A stretch of 64,000 bases of DNA from assembly GCF_009834535.1 (NCBI RefSeq), contig NC_045697.1, positions 86,802,001 through 86,866,000 on the forward strand, given 5' to 3'. Shown here piece by piece: positions 26,271-38,620 of this stretch; position 1 is the stretch's first letter; every line of letters starts with the position of its first letter. This DNA comes from Camelus ferus. Taxonomy: Eukaryota. The translations under genes were made by a program, and so were the position numbers. The notes under the pieces were generated by a model. That model had not been told where the DNA came from. It did no database searches and worked only from the letters and a program-made list of their open reading frames with translations.

Positions 26271-27640
26271 ATTCTAAACTTCCTAGAAGCAGTCCAGCTT
26301 CCAGAATAGGTTGCAGTCATGCACTGCAGGGGTCACCAAAAGGGCGAGTCTTCCCTTGTACAGGGGGACGCCCTCGCAGACAAGGCTGCCAAAGCTGCAG
26401 CCAGAGAACAGCCGGCCTTACAAGCTGCAGTTCTCCTACCTGAGGACCAGCCTCTCCCAACAGCGCCGTCCTCTACACCTGAAGCGGGCTGATGGGCTAA
26501 ACATAGGGGGCTAGAGAAGAATCTCTAGGGGTGGCTGACAAAAGATAATAAGCTCCCCATTCCTGGGGACAAACAATGGGAAATAAGCATCTCCATGAGC
26601 CCACCCACCTAGGGCGGGACTCCATGCTCAGACTAATCTCTCAAGTGTTCCTAGGCAAGGGGCTGTCCCAAACGGTTGAGGAAGTCACTAGGGCATGTGA
26701 ACTTTGTGCCCGCAATGACCCAGGGAGTTACCCTATCCCTCCACCTCTACTCTGGCCCACATAACATCGGGGAACTTATAAAGGGGAAGATTGGCAAATA
26801 GACTTTACTCAGATGCCCCCTTGTAAGGGATGGAAATACCTGTTGGTATTCATAGACGCCTTTACAGGATGGGTAGAAGCGTTCCCCACCAGAATGGAAA
26901 AAAGCAATAGAAGTGTCAAAATTTCTGCTGAAAGAAATAATCCCAAGATTTGGGCTACCAAAAAGCTTACAGAGTGATAATGGACCCTCCTTCACTGCCA
27001 AGGTGATTTAACAGGTTTCCTGCTCTCTGGGTATTAACTATTGCCTCCACTCTTTCTGGAGGCCCGAATCCTCAGGCAAGGTGGAAAAAGCAAATCATGT
27101 TCTAAAGAGAACACTTGCTAAGCTACGTCAGGAGACTTCAGAAACCTGGGTCCCCCTCCTGTCAATAGCCCTTCTAAGAATAAGGACGGCCTCTAAGGGA
27201 ATTTTAAAACTTAGCCCATTTAAAATGATGTATGAGAGACCCTTTTTAACTTCAGATTTCCGGTTTGATGAGGAGACTCATAGATTAGTTTCCCACACTG
27301 TTAGCTTAAGTCAAGTTCAAAAGGCTCTCCAAGAATATGGAAACAAAATGTTGCCCTTTCCCACAGAGGAAAAGGCTGAAGTCCCTGTCCAATCAGGGGA
27401 CTTTGTCTTACTAAAAACTTGGAAGGAGGGATCCCCTGAAGACCAGCTGCAGCCAAAATGGAAGGGACCATGTCAGGTACTACTGAGCACCCCAACTGCC
27501 GTTAAGCTACAGGGAATTGCTAGTTGGGTACATCTGTCCAGAATAAAACCTGTAATTTATAAGCCCCAACAGGAGCCAGGAGAGACCTACAACTTGCGAG
27601 GCAATATTAGACCTCAGGTACCTGTTTATGAAAAACAAAT
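26271..27640 (+). pseudogene. pol: ERV pol remnant: RNase H C-terminus and integrase, RT absent
   Basis: LEAVQLPE*VAVMHCRGHQ (RNase H end); HHCC (HEPTH...CELC); WQIDFTQMP, SLQSDNGPSF and GKVEKAN (DDE triad); PKWKGPCQVLLSTPTAVKL...WVHLSRIK. End coordinate approximate. Confidence 0.9.
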
Positions 27641-28016
27641 GATACCGTGTAGTGGTGATTACAAATGTTTAACCATGCCTTTTAAGTCTTTTTGTCATTA
27701 CAGACTGTCAGACTGCTGGTACAAAGGTGCTTCATCTTTAAGAAAATTCATCAAAAGTCAATGAAAACAGTGGGTTACAGCAGCCCCACATTAGATGATG
27801 GCTATGTGAGGATTCCAGCCCACACCCTCAGCCCTTGCATGCAAAAACAAAAGACTGTCCTACCCCTGGGGCCCCTAGATTAGGCATTCAGAGAGTTTTA
27901 CTCCCTGATAGGCAGGGTCAACGCCCCTACTCAGCCTGGAAGCAGTTTCAGATGACGGACCTTCGCCCCCCCTGCAACCCCATAAGATTATGGGAGTAAA
28001 ATCTCTGAGGGGGGAG

Positions 28017-28500
28017 TGAGACAGGAAGAGGGCAGGGCACAGCCACTCAAGGAGTGCCACAGCAATTAACATCAAAGTGGTGGAAGATTCAACCCCCAGT
28101 AGGCCTTGAGGCTCAGGATGATGAGAGATATAACTTCTAGTAGATCCTGAGCTTCATTATATGCCCATTGTAGTATTAACATGGTGAATAACATGCCCAC
28201 AGGCACCATGGCAGTCCCAAGGCTAGCCACAGAAGGTGTAAGAGTGGGAAAAGGCCAACTTCCTGGGAACCCCAGCCGCTTCCCCTTAGACTGGTCCTTC
28301 CACTTATTAGCATATGAAACCACCAAGCCCATAAAAACCAGCAACACGATGCCTCTCGGCCACCCCTCTCCCTTCGGAGATGGCCCAAATTCTGTCTATG
28401 GAATGTGTACTTACTTCTAATCTGAGCACCCAACCCCCACACCTCGTGGCCTTTCTCTTGCCTTTCAATGTATCTCTCTGAATAAATCTACCTTCACTCA
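28017..28500 (+). repeat. ERV 3' partial LTR (U3-R only)
   Basis: Starts TG directly after polypurine tract GAGGGGGGAG (28007-28016); TATA-like CATAAAAA at 28330; AATAAA at 28481; ends at CA 14 nt later, followed by the A-tail. Confidence 0.9.
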
Positions 28501-28867
28501 AAAGAAAAAAGTGCTTTCACTGTCTAGAGTCTATTCTTGGGTCAAGTTTGGTTCACTCAAGAGGAGTCATTGGAGGACTTTATCATGAGCTACAGCTAAA
28601 AGTCAGTCTTGTACCATGAAATCTAAGAGGTGCTCAATTTACAGTGTTGAGACTTAACCTCAGTCCTTCAATACATGTAGCTTTAAATGTTGCTTTAACC
28701 AGAACAACGGTGTATTTTATTTGTGGAATTTTAACATCTGATGCTACTGGGAAGAGTGTGTTCTATAGTTCCACAAGCTCGGCAATATTACTGTTAAACT
28801 AAAGTGAAGGCTCCTTGAGGGCCATGACTTATTTTTCTTTTCAGCCCCTTCAGTGAAAAGCACCAGG

Positions 28868-29512
28868 TGTCGCCGACAGATGCAACCGGTGTTCCAGGTT
28901 CTTGTCTCGTCCCAGAAAGAATTCAGAGACAAGACTTAGAGGTCAAAAAGGTAAAGTGAGGATTTATTAAAGGATGGATAGTACACTCTCAGGGGAGAGC
29001 GGGCAGGCTCAGGTGAGCAGCTGCCCTGAGTTTCTTTAGCAAGTTAGCTACATAGGGTGTAAAAATGAATGGGCGGAATATTCACTGGGGAGGGAAGGGT
29101 TTGGGGTCGTATTCCCTGATTATCATCCCAACTCCACCTTCTCGAAGGGAGGAGGGATTTTTGTCCTTATTTAGTCTGGATCGGAAGTGTCATGGTGTCG
29201 GTGCATGATGGGTACTTCTGATCTGCAAGGCTAATTTTATTGAAATGAGGGCATAATGAGCAAAAGGTTACATTTGGACACTGGAAATTTCTGCCTTTTC
29301 TGACCTTTCTTTATTGGTCTCCAGGCCAAAAGGTGTGGCCCCTTATCAGCCCAAAGATTCCAGCTTTTCTTTCTCTGCCCAGGGATCCCTGCTGCTTACA
29401 TGATGTGTGGTTTCCTGCATTTGGCCTGTGCCCCTCCTTTCTGCCCAATTCCTGCCATTTGGTCTGTGTCCCCCTTTCTCTGCTCATATCTAGCTATCTG
29501 TCTGCTCTAACA
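28868..29512 (-). mobile_element. ERV1-type solo LTR
   Basis: TG...CA termini, 4-bp TSD CAGG at 28864-28867 and 29513-29516, AATAAA on the minus strand ~28963. Confidence 0.8.
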
Positions 29513-30217
29513 CAGGCACATATAAAATTCAGTTATTGCTAAGTAGGACGTAGTGGAAGCACCCGGGTTGCCTTAAGCACAAACGCAGTTTTGTAGAAGC
29601 TGTATTTCAGTACTTTTCAACAGTTCCTCCTTTCCCTTCATGAGACGGTTAAGGTTTTGTTTTGTTTTGTTTTGTTTTTAACACTGTATAGAATCTATTT
29701 TGGTTTCTCAATATTTGAACTAGTCTAGATGCACATACTCAGACATGAGAGGCAGGAACGTTTTGAATCACGCTGATGACCAAGTCTCCTGTAATCTAAT
29801 CAACTTAGTTACGCTGATGTTTTTAGACCCGTTAATACTGGAGGCTCATTCAACGTGCTCTGCGCTATGGGTCTGTTAGGCCCCCAGTGCTCGGGGTGGC
29901 CCTGAGCCCTGGCACAGTTTGCCTCCCTGCACGTTTCTGTAAGGATAATATATTTTCTGTTATAGAAGAGTTTGTTTGGCTTCTACAGGGTAGATGAATT
30001 TGGGGCCTCTCCTCTCTTAGAACTAGTGTTCTGTGTTTAAGTTCTGAATCATTAAAGAAACAAACAAACAAAAAAAAAACCTCAAAGAATAACAATTTTT
30101 CTTTGTTAATCATAAAAATGAACAGATTCCCAGTAGAGAAGGATCCTGACTTTAATTCTTCCCTACTGAAGCAGGGGCTGGTGGGGCGTCCTGCAGCTAC
30201 CATTAGAAATAGTGTTG

Positions 30218-30351
30218 GGGGGGTATAGCTCAGTGGTACAGCACATGCTTAGCACACCAGGTGCTGAGTTTAATCCCCAGTGCCTCCATTAAAATAAATA
30301 AGTAAATAAACCTAACACACACACCCTCCCCCACCTAAGGGAAAAACAAAA
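30218..30351 (+). mobile_element. tRNA-derived SINE, camelid vic-1-like
   Basis: GGGGGGTATAGCTCAGTGGTA (A box), degenerate B box GAGTTTAATCCC, A-rich tail; degenerate TSD agaaatagtgt / agaaacagtat. Confidence 0.75.
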
Positions 30352-33300
30352 AGAAACAGTATCAAAGGTAAAAACTTTACAGGGCTTGGAGAACCATATA
30401 AAAACACTCTCTGGTAGTTTCTGGAAATGAAATAGAAGATAATCCTGCCAAAACTATACCCACATTTGAAGCCGTAACACCGAAGACCTAGGGTATAGTT
30501 ATGTATGGGATGTTCGCTGTGAAAATTTGAACTAGATCAGAGTCATAGGGCTTTTTCTCCTTGCCTCATTTAATTCATGTAGCCCCTCCCTGTTAAATAG
30601 TCTCAAAGTATTTTGTGAGTCTGGAACAGTCATTTGCAAACCTGAGTGTGCATGAGGCTCACCTTTACAGACTGATTCAGTAGGCCTGGGCTGGGTTCAG
30701 GAAACCACACTTAAAACAGACCCAGATCTTTATTTATTTGTTTATTTGTCTGTAACCGGCAGTGGGCCCCGCGTCTGACCGTTGCCTGGCCGTTGCCTCT
30801 GCCTCCCTTCTTTCCCCACTGTCGTCTGGGGAGAGAAGGAGCAAGCCTGCTGCCTTCCCCTTCATGTCTAGACCTCCAGAAACTAAATCTCTAGGGTCTG
30901 TCTGGCCGAGTCTGTCCCTTGATGTGCTAAATGGGGAACTAACATGGGAGGTGGGATTTTATTAACGTTCATTAATGAGGGAACCAGTAAGATAATACAT
31001 CCAGTATATGGGTCATTAGGAATGCTGAACTGAATTTGCAAACTGACATAAGACGGGTCAGTATCCACAGGGCCATAATCTGTTGTATTCTGCGGGAAAA
31101 TATTAATTTGCGTTTCTATGGACAAGAATCATTTGCATTACTGTAAGTTTTCTAAGACTTACTGAGTTATAAAACAGCTCATAGACTGGTCTCAGACCCC
31201 TACAGAACCAGACAGCCTGGAAGGGTGTGCTAAATAGGGCACCCAGCAATTTTTTTTTTTTTCCTCTTTAAACGTCTTTCAAAATTTTCCCAGCACAAAG
31301 ACCTAAGTTTTCTTACCTAATTGAGAGATTGGGACTAGTGACTTCTGAGACCCTTCGATTCCAACATCCCATCACTCTGATTCCTTGGCCATTATCTATG
31401 TGTGTGAATAAAACTCATGGATTCTTTTTTGTTATTATGTCAGCACTCTGGTGGTCATGTGTGTTAGACTCAGCCATAGCTATCATGCATCCTCATGCAT
31501 TCTCTGTCTAAAAATAAAATCAAATGCAAATTCTGCCTCTCAGTTACTTTTAGGTGAGTGTGTGTGTGTGACAGAGTGCATTTGTAAATGAGAGCAGAAC
31601 CTGAGCACAAGTATTCTGGTATATTTGTCCACTGTCTTTCCCAAATGCTACCTATAGCATACCCTCCTAACTTGGTTAGTATAAGTCAGGGCGATATTGT
31701 ATAGATTTTGCAGAAACTTTGAGAAGCAATGAATCAAGATTTCTCTCATTCTTGTAGACCTTCCTGCAGGGCAGATACAGCAGGTCACTTTAAGATTGCT
31801 TTGTGGTGGTGGTGGTCATTGTGGTGTTGAGGGTATCAAAAATTGGTGGAGCTGGTGATGGAGTGTTAGTGTTAGGTGAGAGAATAGGAAGATACTAAAG
31901 TGTGATTTTTTTTAATTTACTTCATTTCTCCTGCACTAGACTAAGTTTTAAATTTTAAAGCAATGGAGAAGAGGGACAGAGACTCTTTAACTTTGTAACT
32001 TAACAAATATTTGTTGAGTGAATAATGGAACTACCTTTCCTTTTTCTAAACAAAGAGCCCAGGTATCCTAAAAACCTCTTAACTTACTGAATTGTTTAAA
32101 AATCTAGTATATTTGAAGGTGTGAAAGAATGACTAATGACTTTGTGAAGCTGATCTTTTCTGAGGATAAATATTCTGCTTTGTAGATTTTATCAGGTAAA
32201 ACCCCATTCAGTTTAGAAATCAGCATCAAAACTTCTTTCTTATTTAAATTTGTTTATTCTCATTTGAATGATCTCATTTGAACTAAAACGATATTCTTGA
32301 TGGTAAAACATAAAAACAATCACATTTCTTTGTTTCAGTCTTTCTTTTCTTTCATCCCAGTCATTTCTGTAGAAACAGAGACTGAAATGACTGGGGAACG
32401 TTATGGAGGATTTCTGGTAATAATACACCTACACAAATGTGCTGCAGGAAGTTGAAGTCCATACTTGATACCCTCGCAGCTTATGACTTGATGAATCATA
32501 TAAGAACTTAGGACTATTACCACTGAATGTTAAAAATCTACATCCCAAGTATATTTTTCTGCACCCTTAACATCACATGGATTCAAGAGCCAAAACATCA
32601 AAGGCCTAGGTTTGATACACACAGAGACAGACATTTGTATTGGTCTACACAGATATACACACGCAAAGAGGTGGTTGCAAGGAAGATGCAGGAGGTTGAC
32701 ATGGAGGATGAGACGATGCAAAGAGGTAACTAATATTCATGAACTCCTTTTATGTGTGAGCCAAATGTCATTCATTCATTCATTTTATGGTCACAAGAAC
32801 CCTAAGAAGTAGTTTCTAGTAACACCATTTTACAGATGAAGAATATGAGACCCCATAATAAATAGCCCAGCTTTTGAAACAAGTTCTGCCTGATTCCAAA
32901 GCTAATAGGACATATAGTAAGACTTCCTGTTGTCCTTGAACTGCAATGAGGATTCCAGACTAAAGGCAAAAATCAGTGACTATGTCTATACTTTAAAATC
33001 AGAGAGCTGCCAGCACCTGGAGCCGGCCACGTTCAGCTGGAGCTTCAAGTAGCAGAATTGCTCCGACCACCCATCCTGTGTACCTCCTACCTCTGCTCCC
33101 TACCCACCCCACCAAGAGGACTGAGAGGGAAAGAGGTGTAGTATTCCCCTTCCAAAGCTAAGGGAAAGGGGAATGAAAGAATTTCTTCTAAAGATTGGGT
33201 GCCTACGAGAAGAGGGAACCAACATTTTTATCCCTATGATGAGATTTGGTTCAAGAGCAGACATGTTGCTTGTTTCCTAGGTGACGTGAAGAGGGGCAAA

Positions 33301-33454
33301 GTGATTTAGAGAGAAAGGGCATGGTGACATCCAAGGACCACTCTGCCTGTGATCTGTCGGTTTGCATTAGAAGATGGATCCCGTGTGTGCCTACTGACCT
33401 AACAGTTTGCTGAAAGGTGAGGACTGGGGCTATGGTTCTGGGCAATGTAGGCAG

Positions 33455-33477
33455 TGTGTATGAGTGTGTGGGTGTGT

Positions 33478-33508
<31 letters not shown>
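33455..33508. repeat. (TG)n microsatellite
   Basis: Direct inspection; similar tracts at 13683-13717, 42808-42840 and 43009-43029. Confidence 0.9.
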
Positions 33509-33510
<2 letters not shown>

Positions 33511-34604
33511 GGGAAGGAGGATGCTGGCAAAGAGGGGCATGCATCACAGGGTAAATGCCACAACTAGGGGTCACCTAGAACAGATGGCCAGTGCCTAAAG
33601 GGGCTGCTGCACTGGAATCAGCTCCCTCTCCCCATGCCAACATGCCTGCCGTCTGGGAAGGATGTTGGGGCCTCCTCATCAGCTCTGTAGACACTGAACA
33701 GAAGTGTAGTCGTGGTCAACCAAGAAGTAGTCTGCCACTCTGCCCCTCCTCCCCTCTCCCACTTCCCCCACTTGAAACACAGCTGGAAGCAGGAGGAGGG
33801 TATGGGTACAGAGCCACTCATGGTCCCTTCAGGCGGATTGAGCCTGAGCTGAGGAAGGAGGAGGTGAACTTTGAATCAAGTTTGAGAACAGGACTAAATC
33901 GTAAATGCCAGAATTAGACGGTTCTAGTAACCAAAATAGGCAGAAAAAAAATTTTTAAATGGCCAATGTATTGTTAAAGAAGCCAATACTGGAGGAAAAG
34001 GTTGAGGGATGGGCTCATTTAGTACAACTGCCAGGGGAGTTACAGGAAAATATAAAACTTTTATATTTATACAACCCCCTCCAACAAAAGTTAAGAATAG
34101 TCACCAAACCAATTACTTCATCATTTTTTCCTCTTTGTAACCCTGATAAGGATAATGAGCCAGAGGCATATTTCTAGCACCTCAGGGCCCTTCTTAAGAC
34201 TTCCCCCAAGTAACCGGGACTCCTCAAAGCTGGTAAGACAATGTACATATTTCCCATGGTGACTAACCCCTCAGGTGTTCCTGCCTCTACCAGACATCCA
34301 CCTCCCATTAACCCGACTTGATGAGAAAGTTCCCGGCGGGCTTATTTGTCACAGCTCTGAGATGAAGAAAGAGGCCCCCAGCTCCTCTGCAGGACCAATG
34401 GATCAAATGCTTCAAAATACTCTTAGATTCAGGGCATCTTGAATCTTTAAATGGCAGGTTTAGGCATTGTGCCTTTGTAAGACATGCCGCTCAAAAGCTT
34501 ACTCTCCCCTCTCCCTGATCCGTAACCCCCATATATTCACAGACACCTGACTCTTGAAGGAGCAGTGTCTATATCTAATTTAGTTCATTGCATCAGTGAT
34601 CATT

Positions 34605-34899
34605 GTGGTAGCCTGCATCACTGCCTCCAAGTCGCTGCCCCTTCCTGTGTCCGTGTCTTTTGCCACGACCTTGCAATTCTTCCCACTAAGGGAGCAGAAT
34701 AGATTTCCCCTCCCCTTGACTTTGAGTTTAGCCATGTGACTTGCCTTGGGCAACAGAATGGAAGGGAAATGATAATGTGAGCCCAGTCCTTAAGAGGCCT
34801 TAAACATTGCCTCTCACAGACATGTGAGTCATATAGTTTTTGTTTTAAGCCACTGAATTTAGGGGTGAGGTTTATAATGCACTAAAAGCTAAGTGATAC
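34605..34899 (+). mobile_element. Old MaLR LTR fragment
   Basis: tgtggtagcctg...ccatgtgacttgccttgggcaacagaatg...ttttaagccactgaattt. Confidence 0.55.
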
Positions 34900-35302
34900 T
34901 GTCATTTTTCTAATACAGTGAAGATGTGGTAGAATTTAAACCAGGAAAAAATGCTATTATTTCTCGAATAATTTTCCCTTGGACTGTATTTGCTAGCTTA
35001 ATGTTACTGAATTAATTCTGATTTATATTTTGCCCTGAAATATATGTATTTCCTGGCATAGTCTAAGCGAAAAATGTACATAGGCTCTCCTGTAGAACTC
35101 TAGAGGGCTGCCCAGTCACTGCTGACAGAGCCGCCTCCTACACATCATTTTGTACAGCACACACAGTTCATTCGGAAAGCAGCTAAAGCTGCTTGCTGTG
35201 TTGCAGTCCAGAACTTCGAGTCACTTATTTAGAATTCAGAGCACCTTTTCCTACAGAAACAATATCACAGTGTTTCTGGGCAAATGTACAAAAGCCCATT
35301 TA

Positions 35303-35604
35303 TGGTAAGTAAGACACAGATAGAACCAACGGGTGGTTGCCAGAGGGGAGAAGGGTAGGGGGTGTGGACAAAATAGGTGAAGGTACTAAGAGGTACAAAC
35401 TTACAATTATAAAATAAATAAGTCACGGGGATATACCACACAAAATGGTCAACCACACCATAATAACAGTATGGGGACAGATGGTTACTAGACTCATCCT
35501 AGTGATCATTTCGTCATTCATTTAAATGTCGAATCACTATATATGTACACCTGAAACTTCCTAATATTGTACATCAACTATATTTCAATAAAAAATTGGT
35601 TTTT
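35303..35604 (+). mobile_element. Short LINE-1 3' end
   Basis: L1 3' UTR sequence with TSD AAAAGCCCATTTA at 35290-35302 and 35605-35617. Confidence 0.82.
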
Positions 35605-38306
35605 AAAAGCCCATTTAACCGCACAGTATAACTGAATGATACCAGTAATGCCCAGGGCACAAGGGAGAACGGGTTTCACCCTCTGCTCAGGTCTCCTGTG
35701 CTCTTTACGTGCCTCACCCCTTCTCCTTGTGTGCTCTTTCCAAAGAAAGACGAGTGGCTGGATGGTTAAAGCCTACCGTTCACTGGGCCTCCTTTCCCAG
35801 GCGGGCAGGATCACAATACCGAAAAGCAGTGAAGACCCACCACTGTCCCTCAGCTTGGTCTCCTCCAGCACAACTGTTTGCCTTCATGGATGTGAAGTCT
35901 GCTCTGCAGTCTCTCTCTCTCCCTCCCTCCCTCCCAGACATACCTGAACCTACAGTTCCCACGTGTCATGTTAGCAAAGGCAACAGGAAATCCCACTTTA
36001 GTTTCAGGCCTGGATGAGTTCCCATCACAGAGTATCCAAAATCCTTTAACCAGGGAATTAAAAAAAAAAAAAATCCTTGTGCAGATTAATAAGTAAGTGC
36101 TCAATTTCTCTCATTTGGCTGGTGATCCTTGCTAGATACATCATCAGTCAGAGAGCTGGGGGAACCAGACCAGGGGAGCTGGCATATAGAACTCCTAAGA
36201 CCCAGCTTCTTCTGTTCATTATTCCTGTTGGGGAATTCTTCCTCTTCCCTGACTGAGGAAGCCTCGGTGCATGTTGAATGCAACTTCCTTTTGTGTCTTG
36301 AAGGGGAGACCCTTCCATTTCACAATGACTCGTCTTTTGGAAGTCTCTCAGGTTCTTTCCTGCAGGAGTAGTACTCATGTTTTGTTAGAAGAGGGACATA
36401 GAAGTTGATTTTAGAGAAACCAAGAGAGGTACTTAAAAGTGTCTGTGTGTTGCATTTCTTTAAAAATTGCATAAAAATGCCTTAATTTATTCTGCTCAGT
36501 TCAGAGCTCAGAGATTTAACTGCTCCCTATCCTTAGCTTCAACTGATACAAACTCATTCTAGTACAAACTCTGCCTTCAATAAGATCACTGTATTAACTA
36601 ACATTAAGTCTTTTATTCAGTTAAAACTTTATTAATTTTTAAATTTCATATTTTTAACAAATCAAACTATTTAGTATAGACATTTGTTCATTCTGTTTAT
36701 TACTAGAATTTTCTTCTTAAATTTGTTGACAGCCATTTCTTTCCATTGTCTGTGTCTCTTAAGAGCCTCCTATGCTAAAAAAAAAAAAAAAAGATCATGT
36801 AAGTTCTCATTTGATAATTTTCCCTATAAGTTTTATAGACAGTAAAACATATTACTGATAATCATAGAACTATAAAAATTTATTAAGATTTTTTAAACTA
36901 TGAGATTTTCCAGCCCTGGGATGTAGCTGATATTTTTTAAAATATAGCTGGTATTTTAAAAAATGAGTTTGAATCTATGTATCATGTTTTACATAGAGCC
37001 CAAATACTGGTTACAGACATTGTGAGACCTCACCCCTAGATAACTCAAAAGGGCTTAAAGACTAAGTGAGGCCATCTTGTGAAGCAACTGAGTACCTCCC
37101 AAAGCATTTTAAAAACCCTCTTGGGAATGTCATGTTCTTACACACTCTTGAGTGGCTCAGGATTACTACCCATCCCTACTGTCCTCTGGCCCCAAGCTGG
37201 GCCAATGGAAGCCCCTGCCAGCAGCCAGGTGAGCCGCACAGATCCTGGCCCTTCTCTGTGGGAGGCTTTGGTGCAGTGGGTGGCTGACTGCTCCTGTGTG
37301 GAAGCAGCTCATCTGCAGTGTGTGGGAGAGCATGGACATTCTGAGAGAAGCAGGGACAAGCAAGGGAAAGAAAGCCCCTGCAGAGTTTGACCCTGGCTCC
37401 ACGTGCCCAGGGGCCATATACCTCTACGCACCTCCCACAGTCACAGGAGTGACTGGATTCTCTTTAAAAGAGATCAAAATACTCCTCTCTTTGAATTACA
37501 GAAATGGGGATGCTCCTAGAACCTGGCACTGCTTTTAGCCACTCCCCACACACTCCAATGTCATGAGCCACCAGTTGTCGGGAGGCCAAGAAGGAAGGTG
37601 GGATCCCAGGGTCAGACATCCCCCGAAGAACATGGGCACCAGCACACACTCTTCTGAGATGTATGTCGTCCTAAGCTTTGGAGGAGGTGGGCAGGCCATC
37701 TAGCCCTAACACCTCTCAAATTTCACCTGTTCCTTTTAGAAATCATAGCAAAACTGTAGTAGTTTACAGGTCATAGTAAAATCTCTCTTACTGCTGATAT
37801 AATTTGAGATGTCATATTACACATATAAAGAAACCATCCACTAATAAGAATTTCAATATTAAACTAAGACATTGTTATTACTGTCAACAGTATTAATAAA
37901 CAAAAGTAAAACACTCTGCACTTTGGGGTCCAAGAACAAAAATATCCATGCAGCCAAGGAAGCAAAATGAAACCAAGAAACTGTAGATACAAATGATTGG
38001 TTTCATAAGTGTGTCTGTATGCACATATATACATACACTAATATATATATACTAATCAACAAGAGTGTAATATAGCAATTATATATGTACAATTCCTTTT
38101 TAGTGTTTGAGCACTTAAGAAGGTGGCTCTTCATGTTAACAGCTTGATTGAGGACAACTTGGGGAGAAATTTTGCTACACCATAAACAGGTTTTTATCTT
38201 TTTGGTCCACTTTTGTAGGAGCTCCCTTCCAGGACTTGTTTCTTAACAATGTTAAAGTTTACTCAGTGTTTCTAAAAAATTATCATAAATTGTGAGAAAT
38301 GAAATA

Positions 38307-38620
38307 CAGTCAGTCATCCCTCAGTATCCCAGAGGATTGGTTCCAGGACCCACCTTGGATACCAAAGTCTGCAGGTGCTCAAGTCCCTTATAGAAAATGG
38401 CGTTAGTAGTGTTTGCATGTAACCTATGTATATCCTCCTATAGACTTTAAATCATCATTGGGTCACTTACGATGCAATGTAAATGCTGTGTAAATATTTG
38501 CCAGGTGAGGTAAATTCAAGTTTTGCTTTATTAAACTTTCTGGAATTTTTTTCCCCACAATATTTTTAATACATGGCTGAATCCGTGGATACAGATCCTA
38601 CAGATATGGAAAGCTAACTG
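38307..38620 (+). mobile_element. MER2-like Tigger (Tc1/mariner) non-autonomous DNA transposon
   Basis: TA-CAGTC...ccctcagtatcc...gattggttccaggacc...gctaACTG-TA: inverted ends with TA target duplication. Confidence 0.8.

Larger units (their letters stand above)
23047..28510 (+). mobile_element. Class I (gamma-like, HERV-W/9/H-related) ERV inserted as a processed retrocopy: R-U5-PBS-gag-pro-(RT missing)-RNaseH end-IN-PPT-U3-R-poly(A)
   Basis: R duplicated at 23047-23190 and 28357-28500; U5 only at the 5' end, U3 only at the 3' end; A-tail 28500-28510; TSD AAAAAGTGCTTT at 23035-23046 and 28506-28517; gag, protease and integrase motifs inside. Confidence 0.92.

Noticed and set aside
24644..27764. 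Domesticated gag or integrase genes (ORFs of 207, 221 and 227 aa)
   Set aside because: They are fragments between frameshifts and stops, partly reading in the wrong frame.
30218..30290. tRNA gene
   Set aside because: Degenerate B box, no intact cloverleaf, A-rich tail and TSD: a SINE.
32560..32732. Exon-like segment ending in AG|GTAACT (possible lncRNA exon)
   Set aside because: No recognisable homology or clear acceptor; not supportable without transcript data.
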